64,000 bases of DNA from an uncultured Clostridia bacterium (GCA_944381185.1 CALWKE010000002.1:130050-194049), one strand, 5' to 3'. Shown: positions 30,112 through 39,180, counted from the stretch's first letter. Numbers and translations are program-made. Notes: a model not told the origin generated them from the sequence alone.

Positions 30112-30876
30112 ATGAAGATATTTTGCACAAAAATGAAAACGGTGATTGGAACAATTTCGCTTTCACTAGTTGCAATTTTATTAGCTTCACTTGTTGCGAT
30201 AACAAATACAGGAACGGTTTATTTTGGATGGGCAAAACGCTTGGTTCCAATTTATTCTGTTCAGACCACAGAAAAGAAAGTGGCACTCACATTTGATGCC
30301 GCATGGGGATCGGATAAAACTGCTAAAATTGTTAGCACCCTTCAAGAAAATGGTGTAAGTGGAACATTTTTTCTGGTTGGCTTTTGGGTTGAGCAAAATG
30401 CTGACAAGGTAAAACTTATTGATGAAGCTGGGTTTGATATAGGCACGCATTCAAACACACATCCAAAAATGAGCACGCTTTCAAGTGAGCAAGTAAAAAA
30501 TGAACTAACAAAATCGATGGAACTAATCACTAACATAACGGGCAAAGAAGTAAAATTTTTTAGAGCACCTTTTGGAGATTATAACGACAATCTTATATCT
30601 ATTGCAGGTAGTTTGGGCTTAAAAACTATTCAGTGGGATGTTGATAGTCTTGATTGGAAGGGGCTTTCAGCTGAAGAAATTTTAACAAGGATAAAAAATA
30701 GTGTGAAAAATGGTTCAATAATTTTGTGTCACAATAATTCCGATCATATTCTAGAAGCTCTGCCACTCATTATTTCTTATTTAAAAAGTGAGGGTTATAG
30801 TATGGTCAAAATATCAGATTTAGTTTATAATGATAACTATATTATAGATAACAACGGATTACAAAAATTAAAATAA
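30112..30876 (+). CDS. polysaccharide deacetylase family protein (PdaB-like, sporulation-associated)
   Basis: N-terminal TM/signal region. NodB motifs LTFDAAWG and HSNTHP. 254 aa. The alternative start at 30133 cannot be excluded. Confidence 0.75.
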   Translation: MKIFCTKMKTVIGTISLSLVAILLASLVAITNTGTVYFGWAKRLVPIYSVQTTEKKVALTFDAAWGSDKTAKIVSTLQENGVSGTFFLVGFWVEQNADKVKLIDEAGFDIGTHSNTHPKMSTLSSEQVKNELTKSMELITNITGKEVKFFRAPFGDYNDNLISIAGSLGLKTIQWDVDSLDWKGLSAEEILTRIKNSVKNGSIILCHNNSDHILEALPLIISYLKSEGYSMVKISDLVYNDNYIIDNNGLQKLK

Positions 30877-30892
30877 CAATGAGGAAATAAAT

Positions 30893-31606
30893 ATGAACTA
30901 CACTCAATATGAGAATAATAATTATGTTTTATTAAAAGGGAAGATTAAAGAACTTCCAACTTATTCACACACCGTTATGGGTGAAGGATTTTTTGAAATG
31001 TTTATAGAGGTGCAAAGACTTTCAGACGAAGTTGATGTGCTTCCAATAACCATATCTGAACGACTTATTAAAAATTTTAAACTTGGAGATGAAATTGGTA
31101 TAAGTGGTCAATTTAGAAGTTACAATAAATTAGAAGGGAGTAAAAGCAAGCTCATATTGACAATTTTTGTAAAAGAACTAATCAATCCTAATGAAATGAG
31201 CGAGGTTAATCAAATTTATTTGGTGGGCTATATTTGTAAAGAGCCAATTTATAGAACAACACCATTTGGCAGAGAGATTTGTGACTGTCTTTTGGCGGTT
31301 AATCGTGCTTATAATAAAAGTGATTATTTACCATGTATTGCATGGGGAAGAAATGCAAGATTTGTTCGTGATTTAGGTATTGGTGAAAAACTTGAAGTGC
31401 AAGGAAGAATTCAAAGTAGAAAATATCAAAAAAAGATTGATGAAGATAGCTATGAAACTCGAACAGCCTATGAAATTTCACTTTCTAGTGTTATGCTTAT
31501 TGATGAGGCTTATGAGGAAACAAAAATTAATAATTCAAGTAATAATCTAGAAAGATTAAAAGCGGGGCTTATTGGTCAAACAAGCAAGGGCGCAGAAGTA
31601 ATTTAA
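30893..31606 (+). CDS. SSB-like protein with two tandem OB folds
   Basis: 237 aa. Two halves each resemble an OB-fold SSB core (second half: NQIYLVGYICKEPIYRTTPFGREICDCLLAVNR...LEVQGRIQSRKY). No acidic SSB tail motif. Confidence 0.5.
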   Translation: MNYTQYENNNYVLLKGKIKELPTYSHTVMGEGFFEMFIEVQRLSDEVDVLPITISERLIKNFKLGDEIGISGQFRSYNKLEGSKSKLILTIFVKELINPNEMSEVNQIYLVGYICKEPIYRTTPFGREICDCLLAVNRAYNKSDYLPCIAWGRNARFVRDLGIGEKLEVQGRIQSRKYQKKIDEDSYETRTAYEISLSSVMLIDEAYEETKINNSSNNLERLKAGLIGQTSKGAEVI

Positions 31607-31620
31607 TAAAAAAAATAACA

Positions 31621-32763
31621 CTAATTTTTAGTGTTATTTTTTATTATGTGGAATAAGTCTATAATTATATAAAAATTTTCTTTATGTTCACCTTTAAAAG
31701 CAATTTTTTCGCCACTTAAAAGAGTCAAACAAATAATATTGTTAAAATCAAGGTCAATTGAAAACAGGTCATTAAACATAATTTCTTTGTTATAGGAATT
31801 TTTATAAAATTTGATTTTATCGGCATATATTTCAATATTAATATCACCTAAAACTTTATAAGAATTCAAATACAACACACTTAAAAATTTAATGTTATTA
31901 TAAGTAATTATTGGGTTAATTGTAAATTCAATATTTTTTAATGCGTCAAATTGCAACTTTTTAATATCATCAAGAGAACCAACTTCATTTGAAAGTAAAA
32001 TTTCTCCCGAATTTGAAAATTCAATTGCCGTTCCACAATTTTTGCATTTAAGACAATTAAATTCAGAATAAACAGAAAACAAATGTTTACAATTAACACA
32101 ATAATAAATAATTTGCTCAACACCTTCGGCTCTTTTGTTTGAACGAATGTTTATGTTATATTTTTTTGAATAGATGCTTGCTGATGATGGCATTGAGCTA
32201 TTTATAAGTTCATTAACTTCTTTATTAGACTTATTTTCAAGTTCAATACTTTTTATTGTTTTTTGTTGATTAAAATAGCAGTTGCAACGCTTGAATTCTT
32301 TTGACCAAATTGGATAAGAATAGTAAGTTCCAACTAAATTTAAAAATTTAATATCAAAAGATGTTTCCTTTAAAAAATTTGTTACTGAAAGGGGAAGAAA
32401 ATTCGAATCACCAAAGATAGAATAATTTTTTTCAGGAAATATAACAACAGAAATCATAGCCGTTTTAAGCAGTTTTAAATTTTTTAAAAGTTCTTGTTTA
32501 TCTTTTTCTAAAAGGGTGTTATTATTTAGTTTTTGAATAATTATATCTTTTAAAAAAACATGAGCAGATTGAATGTAGTTTTCAACAAAATAGTGATCTA
32601 GTTTTGTTGTTTTGTTACAAATAAAAATATATGGATTAATCGTTTCAATGTTTTGGCTTAAAAATCCATATTTAAAAGAAAGATATTTTGATTTAATTTT
32701 ATTTAATGGCAAATCAAAAAATTTTGGATTTGCGAATTGCTTAATAATTTTTGTTGAACTCAT
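31621..32763 (-). CDS. hypothetical protein, degenerate PlsC/LPLAT-like acyltransferase fold with internal zinc ribbon
   Basis: Block I is NKTTKLD where NHxxxxD is expected. Block III is IFPEKNYS where FPEGTRS is expected. Also CVNCKH...CLKCKNCG. Confidence 0.4.
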   Translation of the reverse strand: MSSTKIIKQFANPKFFDLPLNKIKSKYLSFKYGFLSQNIETINPYIFICNKTTKLDHYFVENYIQSAHVFLKDIIIQKLNNNTLLEKDKQELLKNLKLLKTAMISVVIFPEKNYSIFGDSNFLPLSVTNFLKETSFDIKFLNLVGTYYSYPIWSKEFKRCNCYFNQQKTIKSIELENKSNKEVNELINSSMPSSASIYSKKYNINIRSNKRAEGVEQIIYYCVNCKHLFSVYSEFNCLKCKNCGTAIEFSNSGEILLSNEVGSLDDIKKLQFDALKNIEFTINPIITYNNIKFLSVLYLNSYKVLGDINIEIYADKIKFYKNSYNKEIMFNDLFSIDLDFNNIICLTLLSGEKIAFKGEHKENFYIIIDLFHIIKNNTKN

Positions 32764-32769
32764 ACTTTT

Positions 32770-32797
32770 ATTATATACAAAAAAAAGTTAATATCAA
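32770..32797 (-). promoter_or_regulatory. promoter giving a probable leaderless mRNA for 31621..32763
   Basis: On the minus strand: TTGATA, 16 nt, TATAAT, 6 nt, ATG (32763). No SD. Confidence 0.5.
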
Positions 32798-32863
32798 ATA
32801 AAAAAGTTTGTGATAAATATTTTTTTATTATATAATTAACACATAAAGTTTTAGGAGTGATTT

Positions 32864-34054
32864 ATGGATTTATTTCAAAAATGTAAAGATTACACTTTAG
32901 CAAAAGAGGTTAAAAGCAAGGGTATATATCCTTATTTTCATGTTCTTGAATCAAAACAAGATACTGTTGTTAATATGGAAGGTGGCAGAAAAATTATGAT
33001 AGGCTCAAACAATTATCAGGGACTTACCAGTGACCCAAGAGTTATTGAGGCAGCCATTAATGCCACCAAAGAGTTTGGAACGGGTTGTTCTGGTTCAAGA
33101 TTTTTAAACGGAACAACTTCACTTCATATTAAGTTAGAAAAGGAACTAGCTGAATTTATTGGTAAAGAAGATTGTGTTACTATGAGCACAGGTTTTCAGA
33201 CTAATTTAGGCGTAATTTCGTGTATTGCAGGCAGAAATGATTATATTTTGTGTGATAAAGAAAATCATGCGTCAATTTATGATGCCTGCAAATTGAGTTA
33301 TGCAAAAATGGTAAGATTTGAACATTTAGATTATGCTGACCTTGAAAAAAAACTTCAACAAGTTCCAGAAACAAGCGGAATACTTATTGTTACTGATGGA
33401 ATTTTCTCAATGTCAGGTGAAATTTGTGACCTTCCAAAACTTGTCGAGTTAAAAAATAAATATGGTGCAAGGCTTTTGGTTGATGATGCTCATTGCATTG
33501 GAGTTTTGGGCAAAACTGGTGCAGGAACTGGTGAATATTTTGGACTTACAGATGAAATTGATTTGATAACTGGCACATTTTCAAAATCTCTTGCAACGAT
33601 TGGTGGTTACTGTGCATGTTCACATGAAGTTGCTGAATTTATAAGACATAATTCAAGGCCATTTATTTTTAGTGCGTCAATAACTCCAGCATCACTTGCA
33701 GGAACATTAGAAGCCCTTAAAATTATTAAAGAAGAGCCTGAAAGAGTTAAAAAACTTTCAGATATTGCTGACTTTATGCGTGATTGTTTAAGAAAAAGGC
33801 ATATTAAATTTAAAGATGGAATTGCACCAATAATTGCAATCTATACATATGACCAAGATATAACTCTTCTTGTTTGCAAAAGGTTGTTTGAAGAGGGTGT
33901 TTATGCAAACCCTGTTCTTCCGCCAGCAACGCCACAAGGGCAATGTTTAATCAGAACTGCATACACTTCAACACACACAAAAGAAGTTATTGAGGAAGCA
34001 GCAGATATCATTGAAAAAGTTTTCAAAGAGCTTGATTTAATTGATAAAGAATAA
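32864..34054 (+). CDS. PLP-dependent alpha-oxoamine synthase, serine palmitoyltransferase/KBL-like
   Basis: GSNNYQGL, GCSGSRFLNGT, DDAH, and PLP lysine in GTFSKSLATIGG. The N-terminal YPYFHVLESKQDT resembles bacterial SPT as remembered. Confidence 0.8.
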   Translation: MDLFQKCKDYTLAKEVKSKGIYPYFHVLESKQDTVVNMEGGRKIMIGSNNYQGLTSDPRVIEAAINATKEFGTGCSGSRFLNGTTSLHIKLEKELAEFIGKEDCVTMSTGFQTNLGVISCIAGRNDYILCDKENHASIYDACKLSYAKMVRFEHLDYADLEKKLQQVPETSGILIVTDGIFSMSGEICDLPKLVELKNKYGARLLVDDAHCIGVLGKTGAGTGEYFGLTDEIDLITGTFSKSLATIGGYCACSHEVAEFIRHNSRPFIFSASITPASLAGTLEALKIIKEEPERVKKLSDIADFMRDCLRKRHIKFKDGIAPIIAIYTYDQDITLLVCKRLFEEGVYANPVLPPATPQGQCLIRTAYTSTHTKEVIEEAADIIEKVFKELDLIDKE

Positions 34055-34057
34055 AAA

Positions 34058-34093
34058 AACACCTTAAACTACTTTTAGTTTAAGGTGTTTTTG
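34058..34093. terminator. bidirectional intrinsic terminator between convergent genes
   Basis: 13-bp stem AACACCTTAAACT/AGTTTAAGGTGTT flanked by an A-run and a T-run. Confidence 0.85.
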
Positions 34094-34125
34094 CTTAATA
34101 TAATTATTAAAATATAACTTAAATT

Positions 34126-34398
34126 CTATTCGCCAAAATCATTGTCATCATCATCAAGCCCCATGGACTTATAAAAATCTTCAAGTGAAACTTCTGCACC
34201 TGTAAGGTCAATTTTATCTATAGGAATTTTAACATAACCTTTTTCATCAGTATTGTATTGGTCTAGGCACTTTCCGCAATTATCACAGATTTTTGTTGGG
34301 TCTAGGTCGCATAAATCACATTCACCACAGTTTGTGCAAGGAAGTGTTTCATCAAGCACGCACATACCATTTTCGTCGCCATGAACATTTTGTTTCAT
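34126..34398 (-). CDS. small acidic cysteine-rich protein (CxxCxxCxxC...CxxCxxC), divergent from lexA
   Basis: 90 aa from ATG 34398 (AGAGGTG SD 6 nt upstream; the track start at 34407 is a GTG abutting the SD). Motif CTNCGECDLCDLDPTKICDNCGKC. Confidence 0.6.
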   Translation of the reverse strand: MKQNVHGDENGMCVLDETLPCTNCGECDLCDLDPTKICDNCGKCLDQYNTDEKGYVKIPIDKIDLTGAEVSLEDFYKSMGLDDDDNDFGE

Positions 34399-34469
34399 TT
34401 TATTCACCTCTAAAAATAACTATATAAAATTATAATCAAAATTTTAGAAATATCAAGAATAAATTTATC

Positions 34470-34481
34470 AAACATATGTTT
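34470..34481. promoter_or_regulatory. candidate LexA (SOS/Cheo-type) box
   Basis: AAACATATGTTT is a perfect palindrome, one position per half-site away from GAAC-N4-GTTC. It overlaps the lexA -35 and is centred in TGTCAAACATATGTTTGATA. Confidence 0.55.
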
Positions 34482-34507
34482 GACAACATATTTTATTGTG
34501 TTATAAT
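34480..34507 (+). promoter_or_regulatory. lexA promoter, probable leaderless mRNA
   Basis: TTGACA (34480..34485), 16 nt, TGtTATAAT (-10 at 34502..34507), 6 nt, ATG 34514. No SD. Confidence 0.65.
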
Positions 34508-34513
34508 TAAACC

Positions 34514-35125
34514 ATGAAAGAAAATGATAATAAAATTAAAATATTAAAATTTATAAATGATTTTGTTTTAAAACATGGTTATGCACCCAGTGTTCGTGAA
34601 ATTTGTAAAAAAATGGGTTTAACTTCAACATCAACGGTGTTTTACTATTTAAAAAAGTTAGAAGATGAAGGCTTAATTAATCGTGATTATGGCAAAAATA
34701 GAGCAATAAAAGTTAATATTCAAACATCAGAAAATTCTAATAAAAATCTTTTTAATGTGATTGGTAAGGTTGCAGCCGGAAAACCAATTTTTGCTGTTGA
34801 AAATATCGAAAATCAAATTGAAATTCCACCTGAACTTTTTGGCATTAACACAGGAGATATGTTTATTTTAAATGTGTCGGGCGATAGCATGGTTAATGCA
34901 GGAATATTTAATGGTGATAAAATTATAGTGAAAAAGCAAGAAACTGCTGAAAATGGTGAAATTGTTGTTGCTATGGTTGATGATAGTGCCACTGTCAAAA
35001 GGTTTTATAATGAAAAGGGTCATGTTAGGCTTCAGCCCGAAAATGATTTTATGGAACCTATTATTGTTGATGATTGCAAAATTTTAGGGATAGTTACAGG
35101 ATTAATAAGGCAAAAAATAAGGTAG
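34514..35125 (+). CDS. lexA: transcriptional repressor LexA
   Basis: N-terminal wHTH, Ala-Gly cleavage site (VAAGKP), S24 Ser (GDSM) and Lys (VKRF). Confidence 0.95.
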   Translation: MKENDNKIKILKFINDFVLKHGYAPSVREICKKMGLTSTSTVFYYLKKLEDEGLINRDYGKNRAIKVNIQTSENSNKNLFNVIGKVAAGKPIFAVENIENQIEIPPELFGINTGDMFILNVSGDSMVNAGIFNGDKIIVKKQETAENGEIVVAMVDDSATVKRFYNEKGHVRLQPENDFMEPIIVDDCKILGIVTGLIRQKIR

Positions 35126-35129
35126 TTTT

Positions 35130-35657
35130 ATGTTTATTTCAAGTTATGATTCAAAATTTGGTAAGATGTTTTTGGTTAGCGATGGCACAAATTTAGTTGG
35201 GCTTTATTTTGAGCACCAGAAATATTTTCCTAGTGAAATTTTAAAGTATGAAGAAAATTCAAATTTAGAGATTTTTAAAAATACAAAACTATGGCTTGAT
35301 GAATATTTTGCGGGTAATGTTCCTAATATTAATTTGCAATTAACATTTGTTGGAACAACTTTTCAAAAGCAAGTTTGGAAAATTCTTCAAACAATACCTT
35401 ATGGTCAAATAGTGTCATATGGCGAGATAGCAAGCATTATTGCAAAAAATCAAAATAAAAACAGAATGTCAGCACAAGCTGTTGGCTCGGCAGTTTCTAA
35501 AAACCCAATTTCAATAATAGTTCCATGCCACAGGGTTGTTGGAAAAACTGGTGAACTAACGGGTTATGCTGGCGGAATTGATAAAAAGATAGGCTTGTTA
35601 ACAATTGAAGGGCATAAAATAGATTTGGAAAATCTAAAAATAGAAAAAATTCATTAA
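35130..35657 (+). CDS. ogt: methylated-DNA--protein-cysteine methyltransferase
   Basis: Active site IVPCHRVVG. 175 aa. Confidence 0.92.
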   Translation: MFISSYDSKFGKMFLVSDGTNLVGLYFEHQKYFPSEILKYEENSNLEIFKNTKLWLDEYFAGNVPNINLQLTFVGTTFQKQVWKILQTIPYGQIVSYGEIASIIAKNQNKNRMSAQAVGSAVSKNPISIIVPCHRVVGKTGELTGYAGGIDKKIGLLTIEGHKIDLENLKIEKIH

Positions 35658-35684
35658 AAAAAACGCCATTTGGCATTTTTGTTT

Positions 35685-35758
35685 TGGCAGGGGTGGAAGG
35701 AGTCGAACCCTCCTCTGGAGTTTTGGAGACTCTCATTCTACCGATGAACTACACCCCT
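35685..35758 (-). tRNA. tRNA-Trp (anticodon CCA)
   Basis: Hand fold of the reverse complement: acceptor AGGGGTG/CACCCCT, anticodon loop CTCCAAA, T-arm GAGGG-TTCGACT-CCTTC, encoded CCA end. Confidence 0.9.
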
Positions 35759-35867
35759 ATAAACAGAACTGATTATAACATAATTCTAATTTTTATGTCA
35801 ATATAATTTCTGCTTTTATTTGGCTAAATGGCAAAATTATGTTAAAATGTTTTTATTAGGAGAAACT

Positions 35868-36704
35868 ATGGTTATCTGTTTAATTTCTGACTTAAATGAA
35901 AGTGAAAAAAATGAAATTTCTAATAGTATTAAGGTTGAAAATATTGAAGATTATTTAAAAGTTGATTTTAGTAATACTCAAAAAATAGTCTTTGTGTCTA
36001 GGTTAAATTTAGATTTTTTCCCTGCAAAATTTATTGAGATGTTATCATATTTAAAACTTAATAATCTTACAAATATAAAAATTGAAGTGATATTAGTTGA
36101 AGGATTATTTAATAACTCAAAAATGGCTGTTGAGTGGCTTAATGAACTTAATAGTAATGGTTTTAATATAAAACTCATTGCCGAGATTGATACAGAAGAT
36201 TTTAAAGCAAAAATAAATAGTTTGATTAACAAGAATGCATTTGAGCAAAAAAAAGAACAAAATAATGAAGTAACAATTTACACTGATGGTGCATGTTCAG
36301 GCAATCCCGGTGCAGGTGGTTGGGGAGCAGTGTTGATTGGTGCAGGAAAGCAAAAAGAAATTTCTGGATTTGACCCGCTTACAACCAATAATCAAATGGA
36401 ACTCACTGCGGTTATCAAAGCCCTAGAATTATTAAAGGTTTCATGCAATGTTAAACTTTATTCTGATTCAGCCTATGTTGTTAATGCAATAAATCAAAAC
36501 TGGCTTTTTAATTGGAAAAATAATAACTGGCTTGGAGCTGACAAAAAACCAGTAAAAAATATTGAACTTTGGCAAAAACTTGATAATCTTTTAAATAAGC
36601 ATAGTGTTGAATTTATAAAAGTTAAAGGTCATGCCGACAATGAATTGAATAATAGGTGTGACAAACTTGCAACTGGTGAGATTGCAAAACATGCAAATTC
36701 ATAA
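35868..36704 (+). CDS. rnhA: ribonuclease HI with an uncharacterised 130-aa N-terminal domain
   Basis: C-terminal RNase H domain ([42 protein letters not shown]). AGGAG SD supports ATG 35868. Confidence 0.88.
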   Translation: MVICLISDLNESEKNEISNSIKVENIEDYLKVDFSNTQKIVFVSRLNLDFFPAKFIEMLSYLKLNNLTNIKIEVILVEGLFNNSKMAVEWLNELNSNGFNIKLIAEIDTEDFKAKINSLINKNAFEQKKEQNNEVTIYTDGACSGNPGAGGWGAVLIGAGKQKEISGFDPLTTNNQMELTAVIKALELLKVSCNVKLYSDSAYVVNAINQNWLFNWKNNNWLGADKKPVKNIELWQKLDNLLNKHSVEFIKVKGHADNELNNRCDKLATGEIAKHANS

Positions 36705-36714
36705 AAAACAAAAA

Positions 36715-36739
36715 AGACCGCCAATTTGGTGGTCTTTTT
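36715..36739. terminator. bidirectional intrinsic terminator
   Basis: Stem AGACCGCCA/TGGTGGTCT flanked by A- and T-runs, between convergent genes. Confidence 0.8.
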
Positions 36740-36744
36740 ATATT

Positions 36745-38955
36745 TTACACATTAAAGTTTTTTGAATAGAATAATGAAACAAAAATAATGTTTGAAAAGA
36801 TTGGTGCAAAACTAATAATTCCCGGAATAATCCAAAGCAAATGATTATAGTAACTTTGTGTGAAACTATAGAACCCAAGTTGAAGATTAACGCAGTAGGT
36901 AATTAAAAGTAGTTGCACCGTGACGATAACGGAAATTAAAAACATTATTCTTGGGGCATATTTTGCGGGCACTTTTTTATAAGGATTAATTAGGTATAAA
37001 ATTAGGTAATAAAGCGCATAGACTGCAAATGGAATAAAAGCGTATAAAAAGTAAGAAATTGAGAAGCCCTGTGTGTTACGAAAAGCAGTGTTATTTAAAA
37101 TGATATAAACAGCTGAAAGAACAAAGATATAACCAAACAACAATATTAAACTTTTTATTAAGTTAAGTTTGTTTATAAGCATATAATTTCGCTCAACGAA
37201 TGTGTCATTATCTCGTTTGTATTCACGAATTTTGATGCCTTCTTTTTCAAACTCTTGCTTTAATGTTTCAATATCTTTAACATTTTCTTGCGATTGATTT
37301 TCTTGCTCATCATCTTGATTTAAACTAATTTTAGAGTATTTTGATAGGTCTGAAAGTTTCTTTTTGTAACTTTCACCTGTGTAACTTGGTCTAAATGGCT
37401 CATAAGTTTTTTCTTGATACTCGGTGTTTTCAGTTTTATAATTCGATGCGGTTTCAGAGATTATGCTGTCAAAATCTGAATATGAATAGGTGTTATTTTC
37501 GTTATTATCAACATAATTGGTTTCATCGCTATCATAACTATCTTGTTCTTGAATACTTTGGTTTGCAATAGTATCAACAGAAGAAACATCATCATTTTCG
37601 TCTTCATCTTCAAGTTCATCATCATTATGTTCTTGAATTCGACTAAAGTAATAATCATGTTCGTCATGTTGAGGTTTTTCTACTTTTGCTTCGTAATAAT
37701 CGTTAGAAGTTTCTGCCTCTTTTTCTTCAACTTGTTCATTACTGGGAAGATAGTCGACATCTTCATCACTTTTAAAGAATGATGAATTATTGTCGTAATC
37801 AAGTTCATCTAATTCACTCAAAAAGTCATCACTCGCTGTTTTTATTTGAAGAGTGTCATTTGAAACTTGGTTTGTTTGTGAAATTTCTGAATATTCTTCT
37901 TGTTCAGCAGATTCTTCGACAACAGAAGAAGGTTCTTCAACTTCTGCGGTTTCACCATCGCTTGAAAAATTATTTAAATTTTCAATAGCTGTTGAAAATT
38001 CATCAATTTTATCATCTACTTCTTCGCTATAATATAAGTCCATATCAAGAAGATTTTGTTGAACAACATTTTGATTTTGGTTTAAATGATTGATGTAAGA
38101 ATTTTTATCACCAACATAGGTGTTAATTTCTTCATCATCCTGACTTCGAAGTTTTGCTAAAATATTGCTTTCTTGAGCAGTTTGATTGATTGAGTTATAG
38201 GTTGGGGAACTATCTGTTTCATCTTCTTGTGTTTCCTCACTTGCATTACTAGAAGAAACATAAACCATTTCATCTTCTTCATCATCATCAAAATTTTCGT
38301 CTGTCACATTATCTTCATTGTCATTAGTAATATAAGAATTATCATCTTCAGTTTCTGTTTCTTCTAAATTTTCATCATTTTCAGTGTCTGCATAATTGTT
38401 ATAATCATTTTCAGACTCTTCAGTTTCTTCAGTTTCTTCATCAGACAAGGTGGTTATTGAATCATTAGAAGTTTCACTTTCATTACCATTATTTAATGTG
38501 ACATTTTCATCAATTTCATTTTCAGCATTTAACTCGTCTTCGTCTTTTGGTTCATATGTGAATTTTTTGCCTTCAATAATCCTGTCATAATCATCTTTTT
38601 TAACAAGGCGGTATTCATCATAATTGAAATTACTTAAAAGATTATCAATAATAAATTTTGATTTAGACCATTCTTCTTGCTTTTTTTGAAGGGTTTCACG
38701 ACCCTTGTCAGTAAGTTTATAATAATGTCTTCTGCCACCAATATCACTATCAAGCCAGTATGAAGAAATGAGCTCTTGATTTTCAAGACGCTTCAAACAA
38801 CTATAAAGTGTTGGTTGTTTTAATTCATAAGTTCCATTGCTTCGAGATTCAACTTCTTTAATAATATCAAGACCATATTTATCGCCGTCAACCATTGTTT
38901 TTAAAATGATTGTGTCAATATTACCTCGAATTAAATCACTATCAATATTTGGCAT
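36745..38955 (-). CDS. PadR-family wHTH fused to a roughly 500-aa acidic low-complexity linker and a C-terminal multi-pass membrane domain
   Basis: N-terminus IRGNIDTIILKTMVDGDKYGLDIIKEV...LKQPTLYSCLKRLE...GGRRHYYKLTDKG is PadR-like. The D/E/N/S/T-rich middle has no recognisable domain. The last 170 aa or so contain 4-5 hydrophobic helices. Confidence 0.75.
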   Translation of the reverse strand: MPNIDSDLIRGNIDTIILKTMVDGDKYGLDIIKEVESRSNGTYELKQPTLYSCLKRLENQELISSYWLDSDIGGRRHYYKLTDKGRETLQKKQEEWSKSKFIIDNLLSNFNYDEYRLVKKDDYDRIIEGKKFTYEPKDEDELNAENEIDENVTLNNGNESETSNDSITTLSDEETEETEESENDYNNYADTENDENLEETETEDDNSYITNDNEDNVTDENFDDDEEDEMVYVSSSNASEETQEDETDSSPTYNSINQTAQESNILAKLRSQDDEEINTYVGDKNSYINHLNQNQNVVQQNLLDMDLYYSEEVDDKIDEFSTAIENLNNFSSDGETAEVEEPSSVVEESAEQEEYSEISQTNQVSNDTLQIKTASDDFLSELDELDYDNNSSFFKSDEDVDYLPSNEQVEEKEAETSNDYYEAKVEKPQHDEHDYYFSRIQEHNDDELEDEDENDDVSSVDTIANQSIQEQDSYDSDETNYVDNNENNTYSYSDFDSIISETASNYKTENTEYQEKTYEPFRPSYTGESYKKKLSDLSKYSKISLNQDDEQENQSQENVKDIETLKQEFEKEGIKIREYKRDNDTFVERNYMLINKLNLIKSLILLFGYIFVLSAVYIILNNTAFRNTQGFSISYFLYAFIPFAVYALYYLILYLINPYKKVPAKYAPRIMFLISVIVTVQLLLITYCVNLQLGFYSFTQSYYNHLLWIIPGIISFAPIFSNIIFVSLFYSKNFNV

Positions 38956-38997
38956 AATTATTTTCCTTATTTTTATTTTGCACTAATATATATAATT

Positions 38998-39026
38998 TTA
39001 CTTATTTTAAGTATAGTATTAAGTAA
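38998..39026. promoter_or_regulatory. inverted repeat in the PadR promoter region (candidate operator)
   Basis: TTACTTA-N15-TAAGTAA, 45-70 nt upstream of the PadR-fusion start. Confidence 0.25.
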
Positions 39027-39180
39027 TCTTCAAGTCAAATAAAAAAGCAATTTATAGTGTGATTACCGACAAATAAATTGCATATTTTTATTAAAATAAC
39101 AACTAAATTAAAAATTTGTGGAAAAATTTTGTTTAAATTTTTTATAAAATGTTATAAAATTAATTAGCGGAGGTGGGTAA

